Source: Candidatus Marinacidobacterales bacterium
GTDB lineage: Bacteria; Acidobacteriota; Vicinamibacteria; Marinacidobacterales; SMYC01
DNA: 64,000 nucleotides
Assembly (NCBI GenBank): GCA_965237955.1
Contig: OZ250169.1
Span: forward strand, 6,720,001 to 6,784,000
Direction of reading: 5' to 3'
Of the stretch, positions 9,161-21,046 are shown piece by piece. Each line of letters starts with the position of its first letter. Position 1 is the stretch's first letter. Below the pieces are notes generated by a model. That model was not told the DNA's origin and ran no database searches. It worked only from the letters and a program-made list of their open reading frames with translations. The position numbers and the translations under genes were made by a program.

Positions 9161-9433
9161 GACTCCGCCGATGCCATCGCGGCGGCCCCGCGGCCCTACA
9201 ACCTGTTGCCCGGAGCACCCGCTGCCCATCGCCCACACATCGAATCACCACGGCGCGCAGTCTGTGTCAAGGTCGGCGAAGCCGCCGAGCGAAGCGAAGG
9301 TAACCTTGACACGCGCGAGCACCGTCTTATCGGGCGATGGCCTGTCGGTTTCTCATGGACGGGCGCCGAGAAGGCGCGCGGGCAAATTCCACTATCAGAA
9401 ATCGCTCGGGAGTTTGTTGTGCGGATTCAGAAG

Positions 9434-9960
9434 TAACAAAAAAGCCAGATACAAGACCTGCACACTACCTCGAATTCCTCTCAAAGCTTTACAAGCTCGC
9501 TGCCGATTTTGATCAGAGGCAATTGATGTGAATTCGAGAGACTGCCGCCAAAGAGGACAACGATATCGTTGCCAGTATTGCGGCAGCGTTGCTGCGCCTC
9601 CGTACTCCCACCAAGCCGGCACGCGTGTCTTCAGTGCCTTCTAGGCGGCACGGAGATTCCGGCGTCGACGGCCTACGCGAAGTTCTTTTGTCGAGGAAGA
9701 TATTCCCGTCTAACTCAAAACTTCTATCGCTCGCGCATCGTTATTTTGGCCTACCCCCGAAGCCGAAGGAGTCTCGTGAACGTCTCGCTGGACGGATTCT
9801 TCGCGGAATCGAAAAGGGCACGGTTGTGCAGCAAGAGTCGTTCCGCCATGCGCTTGAACAGCATATTGCGAAACAGAACGTCGGCTCCGACTTCGTTTCT
9901 CGCTGGACAAAAGTGATCCGGGATCTCCAACCCCACACGGGATGTCGCGAAACAAACTGA
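9434..9960 (+). pseudogene. hypothetical protein with an in-frame TGA at 9529-9531
   Basis: ORFs 9337-9531 and 9589-9960 share a frame and read continuously across one stop (DFDQRQLM*IRETAAKEDNDIVASIAAALLRL). Start is approximate. Confidence 0.4.
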
Positions 9961-9975
9961 GCGCGAGGGCCTCTA

Positions 9976-10102
9976 GTCCCCTGGATCTTTGATTACTATA
10001 CAAAGTTAGGCTTTTCGCCAGCCCATAAGATTCATAAGATTCATGCACTTAGAATGGTTTCGGCAAGCTCTGCTTTATCTAGTTTGTTCTGATACAGGGG
10101 AC
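9976..10102. mobile_element. 127-bp MITE, copy 2 (inverted relative to copy 1)
   Basis: CTAG at both junctions; 2-3 substitutions versus the other copies. Confidence 0.9.
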
Positions 10103-10262
10103 TAGCGACTTTGAGATCATATGGTCGCGCTATTCTGGAATTATCGACGACCGAATTGAAGAGCCAAGTAAAGTAAAGGCGCTTGTTCGTGCAGTTCACA
10201 AATTCGCCTTCGTAACTACAATCCTGAGTAAGATCGAAGTTCTCCGCCCAGAACACCAGCGT

Positions 10263-10499
10263 CTCTTCCTATACGCCCAGCTTGCTGAAGACGTTCAAGG
10301 ATTCCTTGCTCGGTTACGCTCTTCGACTGGCATACTGAGCATCAGAGAAAGGCAACGAGTTCTTCGTCTGCTCGTAAAGGAGGTGCTGGTCAGCCTTGAA
10401 GCCATACACATCAAACACTCTATCCCTGTCCCTCCCACCGCATTCCGGGAGCGTCGTCGCGATGGGGCTCCACTCCAAGTAATCTTTTGCGTTCGGGGC
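10263..10499 (+). pseudogene. C-terminal remnant of a large serine recombinase
   Basis: Hand translation LAEDVQGFLARLRSSTGILSIRERQRVLRLLVKEVLV...IHIKHSIP...LLRSG resembles the tail of recombinase-family proteins; no start codon or catalytic domain. Confidence 0.6.
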
Positions 10500-10587
10500 G
10501 CCAAGACGCGAAGGCGCAAAGAACCCGAGTCGAGTAAACCAAAGTGAACCCGAACCCTTTGCGTCTTTGCGACTCTGCGCCTTTGCG

Positions 10588-10589
<2 letters not shown>
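10497..10589. repeat. REP-like inverted doublet (ACGCAAAG/CTTTGCGT family), left arm truncated
   Basis: Right arm 10557-10589 matches 31527-31559 at 32/33 and overlaps the ligA stop. Confidence 0.8.
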
Positions 10590-12823
<2,234 letters not shown>

Positions 12824-12878
12824 CGCGTTTCGAGCCAAACCGTTGGCGCGCTGACGTCCGAGCCCGGCCTCCCTCGAC

Positions 12879-13892
12879 TCAGACTCCGCTACGATAGTGT
12901 GGAACGGGAACATCGATCATCGAGCGAACACCGGGCTCGAGCTTCGATATCGACGGGACGGTAGCGACCAGCATAGCGATCGTCGCCTCGTCGCCAGCAA
13001 CACCGTTCTCGAAAAAGACGTTGACGTTCGGGTTACCTTCAATCGTGATGCGATCGCTCGGTTTCTTCGCACCTACATATATTTGCAGGTCGAGCGACAC
13101 GACTTCCTTGCGATTCTTGAAGCCCTTGACGACGTGATGGATACCCGCGACTTGGCCAACCTGCACCGTCAGGTGCGGTGTGCGCACTCGCTTTTTCCCT
13201 ACCACCGGTCTGATCTTCTCGTCGACCTTGTCGAGTGACCAGCCGAGGCCCTCCGCCACGAGATGCATCGACTCCCTGAGCCCCACATGGCCGAGCTCTT
13301 CTTTCTTGACGCCTCTGCGAAACTGAGCGGTGGTCAAGCCTGCGCCGACTTTCTTTTGGAGGTTCTCGCGTCGCGTCGTCGCGTCGACGACGCGCTCGAT
13401 CTTCACGGATTTCAAGTCCAGGCACGGCGCGGTCGCCGCGAGCACCATGGTATCCATGACGAAACCCGGGTTCACGCCGGTCCCAAGAACTGCGACGTCA
13501 CGTGATTTCGCGAGCTTGTCGAGCTCTCGCGTCTGCGCGGCGAAGCGCACATGCGGCAGGAGGAGCTCTTCGCACGAGCTGATGACGTTCGTGCGCGCGT
13601 TCACACACTCCTTGATCTGCGGCAAGACTGCTTTGAAACGCGATCCAGTCGTCAGGATCACGACGTTGGGCCGTGTGACCCCGAGAACGTCGTCGGGGCG
13701 ATCCGACACTCGCACGCCGGAGGGACGCGTCATCCCGGCAAGGTCGGCGACGTCCCTCTGAAGTTTCGCAGGATCGCTGTCGATGACCCCCACCAGCTGA
13801 AGATCGCGGCGACCGAGTATGACTTTTGCAGTTTCCAGACCAATTTGACCAAGGCCGTAGATCGCGACTCGGATCCGCTCCAGGGTTTTCAT
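12879..13892 (-). CDS. DapB-N / 2,4-diaminopentanoate dehydrogenase-like NAD(P)-dependent oxidoreductase
   Basis: Rossmann GLGQIG, LGTGVNPGFVMD, RRENLQKKVGAG and GHVGLRES motifs. Confidence 0.8.
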   Translation of the reverse strand: MKTLERIRVAIYGLGQIGLETAKVILGRRDLQLVGVIDSDPAKLQRDVADLAGMTRPSGVRVSDRPDDVLGVTRPNVVILTTGSRFKAVLPQIKECVNARTNVISSCEELLLPHVRFAAQTRELDKLAKSRDVAVLGTGVNPGFVMDTMVLAATAPCLDLKSVKIERVVDATTRRENLQKKVGAGLTTAQFRRGVKKEELGHVGLRESMHLVAEGLGWSLDKVDEKIRPVVGKKRVRTPHLTVQVGQVAGIHHVVKGFKNRKEVVSLDLQIYVGAKKPSDRITIEGNPNVNVFFENGVAGDEATIAMLVATVPSISKLEPGVRSMIDVPVPHYRSGV

Positions 13893-14010
13893 CGAACGCT
13901 CCTCCGATTCAATTAGGGACGGGATAACGTCGCAAAATTTTATACCAAACCCGATGCGCCCGTCCAGCTTTCGTGAGCCTTGGCGAGCCTCCTGATCTAT
14001 AGTTGCAGTC

Positions 14011-15252
14011 ATGACGCCGAATTCGTCCGAGCCGCCGCGCTACCCACAACCGGCCGGGGCATTGGTCCTGTTCATGGCCGTCGTCGGCATCGGCCTGGCC
14101 GTAGGTTGGGCCCTCCCCGAGGGCGCGGCCCTCGTCGCCATGCCCGTCGCAATACTGTTGGCGACGATCCTCGCCGTCATCGGTTTCAAAGTCGATCCCA
14201 AGGAGACGCTTCTCCTGAGGCTCCCGAGCGCGACCGATTTCCTCATGGCGATCCCGCTCGCGATCTCGTTTTTCATTCTGGACGACCAGATCGCCGGGCT
14301 CTCCCATGCACGCTTCCCCGTATCCGAAGCCACTCTAGAGTACTTTCGACGTACGCTCACCGTGCAAAGTCCCTGGGATTGGGTCGAGAAGATTGCTCTC
14401 ATCGGTCTCGGCGCGGCGGTGTCCGAGGAGCTCATGTTCCGCGGGTTCATGCAGACAGCGTTCCTGCAGCGCCTGCGGCGACCCGCTGCGATTACCCTTA
14501 CAGCGGGGCTTTTCATGCTGCTCCACGTCCAATTTCTGCCGGTGCTCGCCGCGGGGATCGTCCTCGGCTTCGTCGCGCTCGCGACCAAAAGCATCGTCAT
14601 CCCGATGTTCTTTCACTTCACCAACAACGTGATCCAGCTGTTGCTGTTCAACCTAGCGGGGCTCGAAACGCTGGGCGATCCGGTTTGGATTCCGCCGACG
14701 ATCTTGTTGCCGGCGCTCGCGATGTTCGCGTTGTCGTGGGGCTATTACCTGCGGCGTCTCGAGCCCGAGCCGGAGACTCCCGCCGACGCGGCAAGCGAGC
14801 CCGCGAGCGAACGGATAACCATGCCCCACGATCCGACGTCGATCGGAAAGGAGCTGGCATCGGTTCCGCAAGGCCGGCGCCGGCTCGGCTGGCTCGTCGT
14901 GGCCGCGGCGGTAGTGGCCGGTGTCCTCGTGCTAATAGGACTCTTCGGTTGGTCCGTGTACTACATACATCCTGAGCGCGTGCACGCGCGCGGCATCGAA
15001 CTGTTGGAGCGTCGTATCACCGCCACCCTCGAACCGGGGGCCTCGGACAAAGCGGCTCGGATCACGTCGGCCTTCCGTGCGTTGACAGCGTTGAACGAGA
15101 GCGGTCAGTTAGAGCTACGTGATCTAGCAACCGTCCGGCAGAGCTATCGCGAGCTGAGCGCGGACGGAGGCCTGGACGCGCAAGACGCGGACACGTTGGT
15201 GGAAGCAATCCACGAAATGGTCATGGATCGGACCAGGCTGCGGACTTTCTGA
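14011..15252 (+). CDS. CPBP (CAAX/Abi) intramembrane metalloprotease with a C-terminal extension
   Basis: EELMFRG, FMLLH and HFTNN motifs; multiple TM helices. Confidence 0.85.
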   Translation: MTPNSSEPPRYPQPAGALVLFMAVVGIGLAVGWALPEGAALVAMPVAILLATILAVIGFKVDPKETLLLRLPSATDFLMAIPLAISFFILDDQIAGLSHARFPVSEATLEYFRRTLTVQSPWDWVEKIALIGLGAAVSEELMFRGFMQTAFLQRLRRPAAITLTAGLFMLLHVQFLPVLAAGIVLGFVALATKSIVIPMFFHFTNNVIQLLLFNLAGLETLGDPVWIPPTILLPALAMFALSWGYYLRRLEPEPETPADAASEPASERITMPHDPTSIGKELASVPQGRRRLGWLVVAAAVVAGVLVLIGLFGWSVYYIHPERVHARGIELLERRITATLEPGASDKAARITSAFRALTALNESGQLELRDLATVRQSYRELSADGGLDAQDADTLVEAIHEMVMDRTRLRTF

Positions 15253-15266
15253 GACGGCGCCGCGCG

Positions 15267-15776
15267 CTAGGAATCTCTCTGCGGCTCGGTAAAAAGGTCT
15301 GTGTAGAACGCCGGCAACAGGAACGACCCGACGCCTATTGCGAGAAGCGCCAGGCCGAGAGCGATATTTCGCTGGAACGTAAAAAAACCAATCGTGAGGA
15401 AGTGAACGATCAAGCTTCCGTAGAACCCGAGAAACAAACACCGCGTAACCGTCGGGGCCGCGTTCATGGCAATAAGTGCGAGGAAATCGACCACGAGCGA
15501 GACGAGAAAACTCGCTCCCATAATCGTCCAGAACGAATCGAGATCGATCGGAAGGCCAATCGCTTGCCAAGAGAACGTGGCGAGGAGAGCGGTCGCGTAG
15601 GGGTTTCTTCCGCCCAACCGCCGATAGGTGATGCCTTTGACGGGAGTAAAGCAAGCGATGAGAAACAGCGCCCCCCCGGCATCCTCCCATGACGATCCGC
15701 CCAACATGGCGAACACGAGTGCGGCGCCGTCGAACACGACAAGGAGCATCAATAGCACCGGGCGCAAAGAAGCCAT
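15267..15776 (-). CDS. hypothetical membrane protein
   Basis: 169 aa, strongly hydrophobic, starts 3 bp after the lysA stop. Confidence 0.7.
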   Translation of the reverse strand: MASLRPVLLMLLVVFDGAALVFAMLGGSSWEDAGGALFLIACFTPVKGITYRRLGGRNPYATALLATFSWQAIGLPIDLDSFWTIMGASFLVSLVVDFLALIAMNAAPTVTRCLFLGFYGSLIVHFLTIGFFTFQRNIALGLALLAIGVGSFLLPAFYTDLFTEPQRDS

Positions 15777-15779
15777 CGT

Positions 15780-17033
15780 TTACCTTCTTCCCAGCTCGCG
15801 AGCGACGAGCTCAGCTTCACTCTCGGCCTCACGGACGACGCGATGCTCGGCGCCGTTCACGACAACCTCCGCAGGACGAGGCCTCAAATTGTAGTTCGAG
15901 CTCATCGCAAAACCGTATGCGCCGGTATCGAGAATCGCAAGAAGCTCGCCTCGCTCGAGCTCGGGAAGCTCGCGAGCGCGAGCGAACACGTCCGAGCTTT
16001 CGCACACCGCGCCGACGATGTCGACCCGCGGTGTCGAAGCCACGCCCTCCGCCAACGGAACGATGCTGTGATAAGCGTCGTAGAGCGCCGGACGGATCAA
16101 ATCGTTCATCCCGGCGTCGACGACGACGAAGCGCCGGCCGTGAACGCTCTTCACATAGAGCACCCGGACGACGAACGCGCCAATCGGACCGAGGAGTGCG
16201 CGTCCCGGTTCCGTCAGGATCTCCACGTCGAGCGCACTCAGAGGCGGGATAACGCTTTCGGCGTATTGGTCGAACCCGGGTGTGTCGTCGCCTTCGTAGG
16301 GGATCCCGAGCCCGCCTCCGATATCGACGAAGCCGATCGGAACCCCGGCGTCTCGAAGCTCCTTCACCCAAGCGCCCAGCATGGCGGCGTTCTCGGAAAG
16401 CGGTCGGATCGAGGTGATTTGAGAGCCGATGTGAGAGTGGACTCCAACGAAATCGAGGTGGGCGAAATCACGGTGGCGTCGGTAGAGCTCGCGCGCTTCG
16501 TCGGGGTCCACGCCGAACTTGACGGCCGCCACGCCGGTAGCGATATGGGGATGGGTTTCCGGGTCGATATCGGGATTCAGCCTCAGCGCGACCGGAGCTT
16601 TCCCGCCCTCGGCAGCGGCCAGGCCATCCAAGACGTGAAGCTCGGTCTCCGACTCCACGAGAAACATCCGGATCCCGGCACGCACGCCGGAAACGAGCTC
16701 CGGTTCCGTCTTACCGACTCCGGAGAACACGATGCGAGACGGAGGGAAACCCAGCTCGAGCGCAAGCGCCAACTCCGCACCCGAGACGACTTCCGCTCCC
16801 GCTCCTTCAGCGACAAGCGGTCGCAACAGCGCCGGCTGACTGTTCGCCTTCATGGCAACACAATGCAGGTGACGCGAAGACGCGAACGCGCTCTCGAGAT
16901 CGCGATAGCGTTCGACGAGCGTTCCTACCGCGTAAAGATAGAACGGCGTCGGAACGGTATCGGCCACTTCCGCAACGACCACGTTCTCGACGGCAAGCTG
17001 ACCGTCCCGGTAGTGGAACACATCGCGAGGCAT
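15780..17033 (-). CDS. lysA: diaminopimelate decarboxylase
   Basis: AMKAN PLP lysine, HIGSQI, DIGGGLG, EPGR, CESSD and GAYG motifs. Confidence 0.95.
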   Translation of the reverse strand: MPRDVFHYRDGQLAVENVVVAEVADTVPTPFYLYAVGTLVERYRDLESAFASSRHLHCVAMKANSQPALLRPLVAEGAGAEVVSGAELALALELGFPPSRIVFSGVGKTEPELVSGVRAGIRMFLVESETELHVLDGLAAAEGGKAPVALRLNPDIDPETHPHIATGVAAVKFGVDPDEARELYRRHRDFAHLDFVGVHSHIGSQITSIRPLSENAAMLGAWVKELRDAGVPIGFVDIGGGLGIPYEGDDTPGFDQYAESVIPPLSALDVEILTEPGRALLGPIGAFVVRVLYVKSVHGRRFVVVDAGMNDLIRPALYDAYHSIVPLAEGVASTPRVDIVGAVCESSDVFARARELPELERGELLAILDTGAYGFAMSSNYNLRPRPAEVVVNGAEHRVVREAESEAELVARELGRR

Positions 17034-17090
17034 GGGCGGGGATTATACGCGCGCGGAGCGGTTGGGGGGAATCCCGCGCGCGCCGCGGTC

Positions 17091-17221
17091 GCCATCAGCT
17101 ATCGGCCATCAGCCATCAGCAGGCCTCAGCATTGCCCCTCAACTCAACCCGGAGCTGAGTTTAGCTGAGGACATCAGCATAACTCCCCGCCGCTGATGGC
17201 TGATGGCTGATGGCCGATGGC
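17091..17221. repeat. inverted heptamer (GCCATCR) arrays around a 71-nt spacer
   Basis: Left arm 17091-17120, right arm 17192-17221; inner stem CCTCAGC/GCTGAGG. Confidence 0.85.
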
Positions 17222-17240
17222 GCGACGAAGTTCATTCGCC

Positions 17241-17606
17241 CTATGGGCGAATGAACTTTCTCAAATCTGTATGGCCTTCATGAACGACTACGATGGCACC
17301 GTCTCTCAGGTCTTCGTCGAAGAGCTTCAACAAGTTGAACAGTGTCGACGTAATTTGATTGTCTTCCATCTCCTCGGTGCGGAAAAAGATTACCGATGGC
17401 CACACACCGGAATCGGATTCGACGAGGCGTGCAAGGCTGCGATTGCGGGTGACGACGATGCGCTCCTCAAACGCTGCTAGGCGGAGAAACTCGCGAATGG
17501 GGAGATCGGCGGCGCCGATCTCGACCGCATGCGCGGCGTCGTAGCCGGCGTCGTTGAGATCCTGGACAACTCCTTCGGGAAAAAACGGGTCGGCAAGAAT
17601 CTTCAT
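17241..17606 (-). CDS. DUF5615/VapC45-like PIN-domain protein, degenerate
   Basis: Family pattern MKILAD...L...GYDA.H...RIVVTR...PSVIFFR...GAIVVV; several expected Asp/Glu residues are absent. Confidence 0.7.
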   Translation of the reverse strand: MKILADPFFPEGVVQDLNDAGYDAAHAVEIGAADLPIREFLRLAAFEERIVVTRNRSLARLVESDSGVWPSVIFFRTEEMEDNQITSTLFNLLKLFDEDLRDGAIVVVHEGHTDLRKFIRP

Positions 17607-17610
17607 GCCG

Positions 17611-18828
17611 TTATCCCGAAACGGCCGCCCGGTGCGGGGCAATCTCGTGCAACGCGTCGGCGAAACGCTCGATTTCCTTCTCGGTGTTGTAGTGCAAAAG
17701 GCTCAGCGCGCAACCGCCCTCGTCGACCGGTAGACCGAGAGCCTTCATCAACCGTGGCGCTCCGGCGTTCCCGTGGCTCACGCGAACGCTTTTTTCCGCC
17801 AAAGCGGCAGCGACGGCCTTTGGTTCGAGGCCGTCGAGCCGGAAAAGGATATGAGGTATGCGGTGCGCGGCGTCGTCGGGATCGCTGATTCCGTACACTG
17901 TGGCACCGGGTACAACCTGCAGCCGACGCAGCGTGAGGGCCGTGAGCGAACGTTCATAATGTCGGATCGCCTGCATACCGCGCCGCATGTGCCGCCGCCG
18001 GCCATAGTCTTCGGACGGCTGTAACTGCATTTGTTCCGTGATGAGACCGAGCTCTTCGATGTAGCTGAGCGCCGCGCCAAAGCCGGCGAGTGTTTTCGGC
18101 TCGACGCTCGCGCCGTCGAAAAGCTCGGGACCGTCTGCACGCAACGACCGCATGCGCTCCCGGCTGCCCCATAGGAAGCCGACGTTCGCGCCAAAAAAAA
18201 GCCGAGTCGACGCAATGAGAAAATCCGAGCGCAGGAACCGGACGTCGATGGCGCCGTGCGGAAGAAACGCGGACCAGTTCACCAGCAACGAGCTCTCGTG
18301 GCCCTGCACTCCCAACGCCACCGGCAGAAGCTCCACAATCGATCCGGCAGCGCTCGACGCTTTGGACATCACCACGAGCCGGGTGCGCTTCGACAGCATG
18401 TCGCCGAGGCGGTCGGTATCGATGCCGGCGTGTTGACGTTTGATCGGCCAGTGCTCCAGTTTCATGCCGTTCGACTCGAGCGCGAGCCACGGCACGAGAC
18501 TTTCTTCGTCGCCGAGCTCAGTGGTCACGATCTCGGAATTAGGTGGATAGCTCTTGGCGAGCGCCCGGCTCAAACGATCGGCGAGCTCGGTTGCATCGGA
18601 CGCTATGAGAATCTCTTCGCCGGCCCACTCGACGTTGGAGTTCAGGAAGAAAGCGAGACTCTCTCGCGTCTCTCGCAACAACTCGTCCGCGTCGCCGTCG
18701 AACCCGACGTCCTCGAGCTCCCGTACCGCGCCCAAGGACTGTGGTGCTTCGTTGTTGTCGAAATAGATAGTGTCCGAGTCTTGGAGTGACGGAAAGCATC
18801 CGCGGACGTAGTCGAGGGGGAAATCCAT
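17611..18828 (-). CDS. class V aminotransferase / cysteine desulfurase-like protein lacking the PLP lysine
   Basis: VRGCFPSL...YFDN start, LPHGAIDV...DF and LHYNTEKEIERF end; AAGGAG RBS before ATG 18828. The longer ORF-track start lies in the MITE. Confidence 0.8.
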   Translation of the reverse strand: MDFPLDYVRGCFPSLQDSDTIYFDNNEAPQSLGAVRELEDVGFDGDADELLRETRESLAFFLNSNVEWAGEEILIASDATELADRLSRALAKSYPPNSEIVTTELGDEESLVPWLALESNGMKLEHWPIKRQHAGIDTDRLGDMLSKRTRLVVMSKASSAAGSIVELLPVALGVQGHESSLLVNWSAFLPHGAIDVRFLRSDFLIASTRLFFGANVGFLWGSRERMRSLRADGPELFDGASVEPKTLAGFGAALSYIEELGLITEQMQLQPSEDYGRRRHMRRGMQAIRHYERSLTALTLRRLQVVPGATVYGISDPDDAAHRIPHILFRLDGLEPKAVAAALAEKSVRVSHGNAGAPRLMKALGLPVDEGGCALSLLHYNTEKEIERFADALHEIAPHRAAVSG

Positions 18829-18854
18829 GCAGTACTCCTTGCAGTGGGACACTA

Positions 18855-18981
18855 GTCCCCTGGATCTTTGATTACTATACAAAGTTAGGCTTTTCGCCAG
18901 CCCATAATATTCATAAGATTCATGCACTTAGAAGGGTTTCGGCAAGCTCTGCTTTATCTAGTTTGTTCTGATACAGGGGAC
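18855..18981. mobile_element. 127-bp MITE, copy 3, in a divergent promoter gap
   Basis: CTAG at 18852-18855 and 18981-18984; one substitution versus copy 1. Confidence 0.9.
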
Positions 18982-18998
18982 TAGTATAGTACGTTCAT

Positions 18999-20054
18999 AT
19001 GACGGATGACGTGGGCAAGACCGAGCCGGCGAGTCAGATCGCGTCTTTCTTTTCTTCCCGCTCGGAAGACTTCGAAACGCAGTACCACGCCGCCATGGAC
19101 GCTCGGGTCGTCATCGACCGCTCGCACCTCGTCCGGGTCGCGGTTCGAGGCGCTGACCGTACAACTTTTCTCCACAACATGCTCAGCGCTGATATCAAGA
19201 ATCTTCCCCTTGGCGCCGGGACCGAAGGCACGTTTCTCACGATCAAGGGGAAGCTCGTCTCGAATCTCACCGTGTTCCACGAGGACGACCGCCTCCTCAT
19301 AGAGATGGAGTCGGGGCGCGTGAACGCTTTCATCGAAGGACTGTCACGCTACATCATTTCCGAAGATGTCACTCTCGAAAGTCTCCAGGGCGACGAAGCG
19401 TCGTTTTCGGTCGAGGGCCCGGGCGCGAGCGAGCTTCTCGCCAAGCTGACCGGTGGTAGCGCGTCCAAATTCAACGGGCTCGACAGGCTCGCGCATCTCG
19501 GCGTCGTGAGCGCCGATGGTGTGAGGATCACGGCACGACGTCACGATCCGAGCCCGCGGTTCGACGTAGCCGCGCCCGCGATCAAAGCTCTCGAGCTTCT
19601 CGAGAACGCGCGCGAGCTGGGCACGGTGGTCGGAAGCTCCGCGCTCGCGGAAACGCGTCGCATCGAGGCCGGCCGGCCGCGGTTCGGAACCGACATGGAT
19701 GAATCCCACATGCCGCTCGAGGCGGGTCTCGACGAAGCCATCAACTTCGACAAAGGTTGCTATATCGGCCAGGAATATGTCGTGCGACTCGCCCACCGGG
19801 GCCACCTCAACCGAAAGCTCGTCGGCATCAAGATCGCCCTCGAGCACGCCCACGGCCGCCCCGACGTCCCTTCCGCGGGGTCCAAGGTAACCGCCGGCGA
19901 CAAAGAAGCTGGAGCGCTCACGAGCGCTGCCTATTCACCGACGTTGGGCGTCGTCGTGGCGCTCGGCTACTTGCGGAGAGAATTCTTCGAGCCCGACACC
20001 AAAGTCACCATCGACGGCAAGACCGGCGTCGTCACCCCTCTACCGTTCGTCTGA
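18999..20054 (+). CDS. ygfZ: YgfZ/GcvT-family folate-binding protein
   Basis: Signature KGCYIGQE plus GcvT-fold motifs. Confidence 0.88.
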   Translation: MTDDVGKTEPASQIASFFSSRSEDFETQYHAAMDARVVIDRSHLVRVAVRGADRTTFLHNMLSADIKNLPLGAGTEGTFLTIKGKLVSNLTVFHEDDRLLIEMESGRVNAFIEGLSRYIISEDVTLESLQGDEASFSVEGPGASELLAKLTGGSASKFNGLDRLAHLGVVSADGVRITARRHDPSPRFDVAAPAIKALELLENARELGTVVGSSALAETRRIEAGRPRFGTDMDESHMPLEAGLDEAINFDKGCYIGQEYVVRLAHRGHLNRKLVGIKIALEHAHGRPDVPSAGSKVTAGDKEAGALTSAAYSPTLGVVVALGYLRREFFEPDTKVTIDGKTGVVTPLPFV

Positions 20055-20090
20055 AGCTCTTCATCACGGTGGAAGAAACTCAACGGTAGA

Positions 20091-20122
20091 TGCGCCTTCG
20101 CGACTCTGCGCCTTTGTGTTGA
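20091..20122. repeat. single arm of the CTTTGCGT REP-like family
   Basis: GCGACTCTGCGCCTTTG shared with 10557-10589 and 31527-31559; lies between convergent genes. Confidence 0.7.
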
Positions 20123-20162
20123 GTTTTTTTTCGTCAACATGGTACCGTGACCCTCTACAGGG

Positions 20163-21017
20163 TCAGCTCAGACTTGCCAGGAATTCCTTCCAAACCTGCC
20201 AATACACATCTCGACCGACGAGGAACGCGTCCGAGTGGCCCGCGCCGTCGATGGGAAGAAACCGCTTCGGTTCGTTGGCGGCCTCGAACAGATTCTTGCC
20301 GTGAGCGAACGGAACCGTCTCGTCGTCGGTTCCATGAACCACGAGCAAGGGCATTTCGAGCGTAGGGATTTTTTCGATGTTCTCGTAGCGCGTCCGCACC
20401 CAGCCGTTGGGGATGAACGGATAGGCCTCTTTCGCCATGTCGCGGATCGATGTGAACGGCGCTTCTAACACGAGCCCGGCGGCTCCCACCTCTGTCGCGA
20501 GCTGTAGCGCTACCGCAGCGCCGAGCGATTCGCCGAACAGCACGATGCGATCTTCGGCGAGCCCACGTTCCTCGACGAGGTAACGGTACGCGGTGCGAAC
20601 GTCGTCGTAGGTGCCCGCCTCGGTCGGCCGGCCGGAGCTCTGCCCGAAGCCACGGTAGTCGAACAGCAAGACGTCGGTTCCGAGGTTCGAGTGCATCAAA
20701 AGCACCCGGTCGAGGCGGTGCGAGATGTTACCAGCGTTACCGTGGCACACGAGGACGGTGTAGCGCTTTGCCGCCGGCTCGACATGCCCGACAGGATCAA
20801 CTGGGGAAGGCAAAAACCACGCGTGGAGGCGATGGTCGTCGGGCGTCACCAGGGTGAGCTCTTCGTGACGAAGCCCGAGTGCTCGAGGCGTCACCTCGAA
20901 ATCGTCGGATGGAAAGTAGATCAGCCGCTCTTCGAATATCACAGCCATCACCACCAGGAAAACAAGAGATGCTAGGATGGTGAGCACGTTTCTTCCTAGC
21001 CGAGGAGGAAACTTCAC
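20163..21017 (-). CDS. membrane-anchored alpha/beta hydrolase (ABHD17-like)
   Basis: HGNAGN, DYRGFG, GESLG nucleophile elbow, HGTDDE and GH; start approximate. Confidence 0.9.
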   Translation of the reverse strand: MKFPPRLGRNVLTILASLVFLVVMAVIFEERLIYFPSDDFEVTPRALGLRHEELTLVTPDDHRLHAWFLPSPVDPVGHVEPAAKRYTVLVCHGNAGNISHRLDRVLLMHSNLGTDVLLFDYRGFGQSSGRPTEAGTYDDVRTAYRYLVEERGLAEDRIVLFGESLGAAVALQLATEVGAAGLVLEAPFTSIRDMAKEAYPFIPNGWVRTRYENIEKIPTLEMPLLVVHGTDDETVPFAHGKNLFEAANEPKRFLPIDGAGHSDAFLVGRDVYWQVWKEFLASLS

Positions 21018-21046
21018 GATTCCATTATGGCAGAGGGCACGCAAAG

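Noticed and set aside
17091-17221. CRISPR array interpretation of the heptamer and REP repeats
   Set aside because: Arms are inverted, there is one spacer per locus, no regular direct repeat-spacer period and no cas genes.
18829-18927. N-terminal MHESYEYYG... as the native start of the desulfurase-like gene
   Set aside because: Derived from the MITE; a strong RBS precedes ATG 18828.
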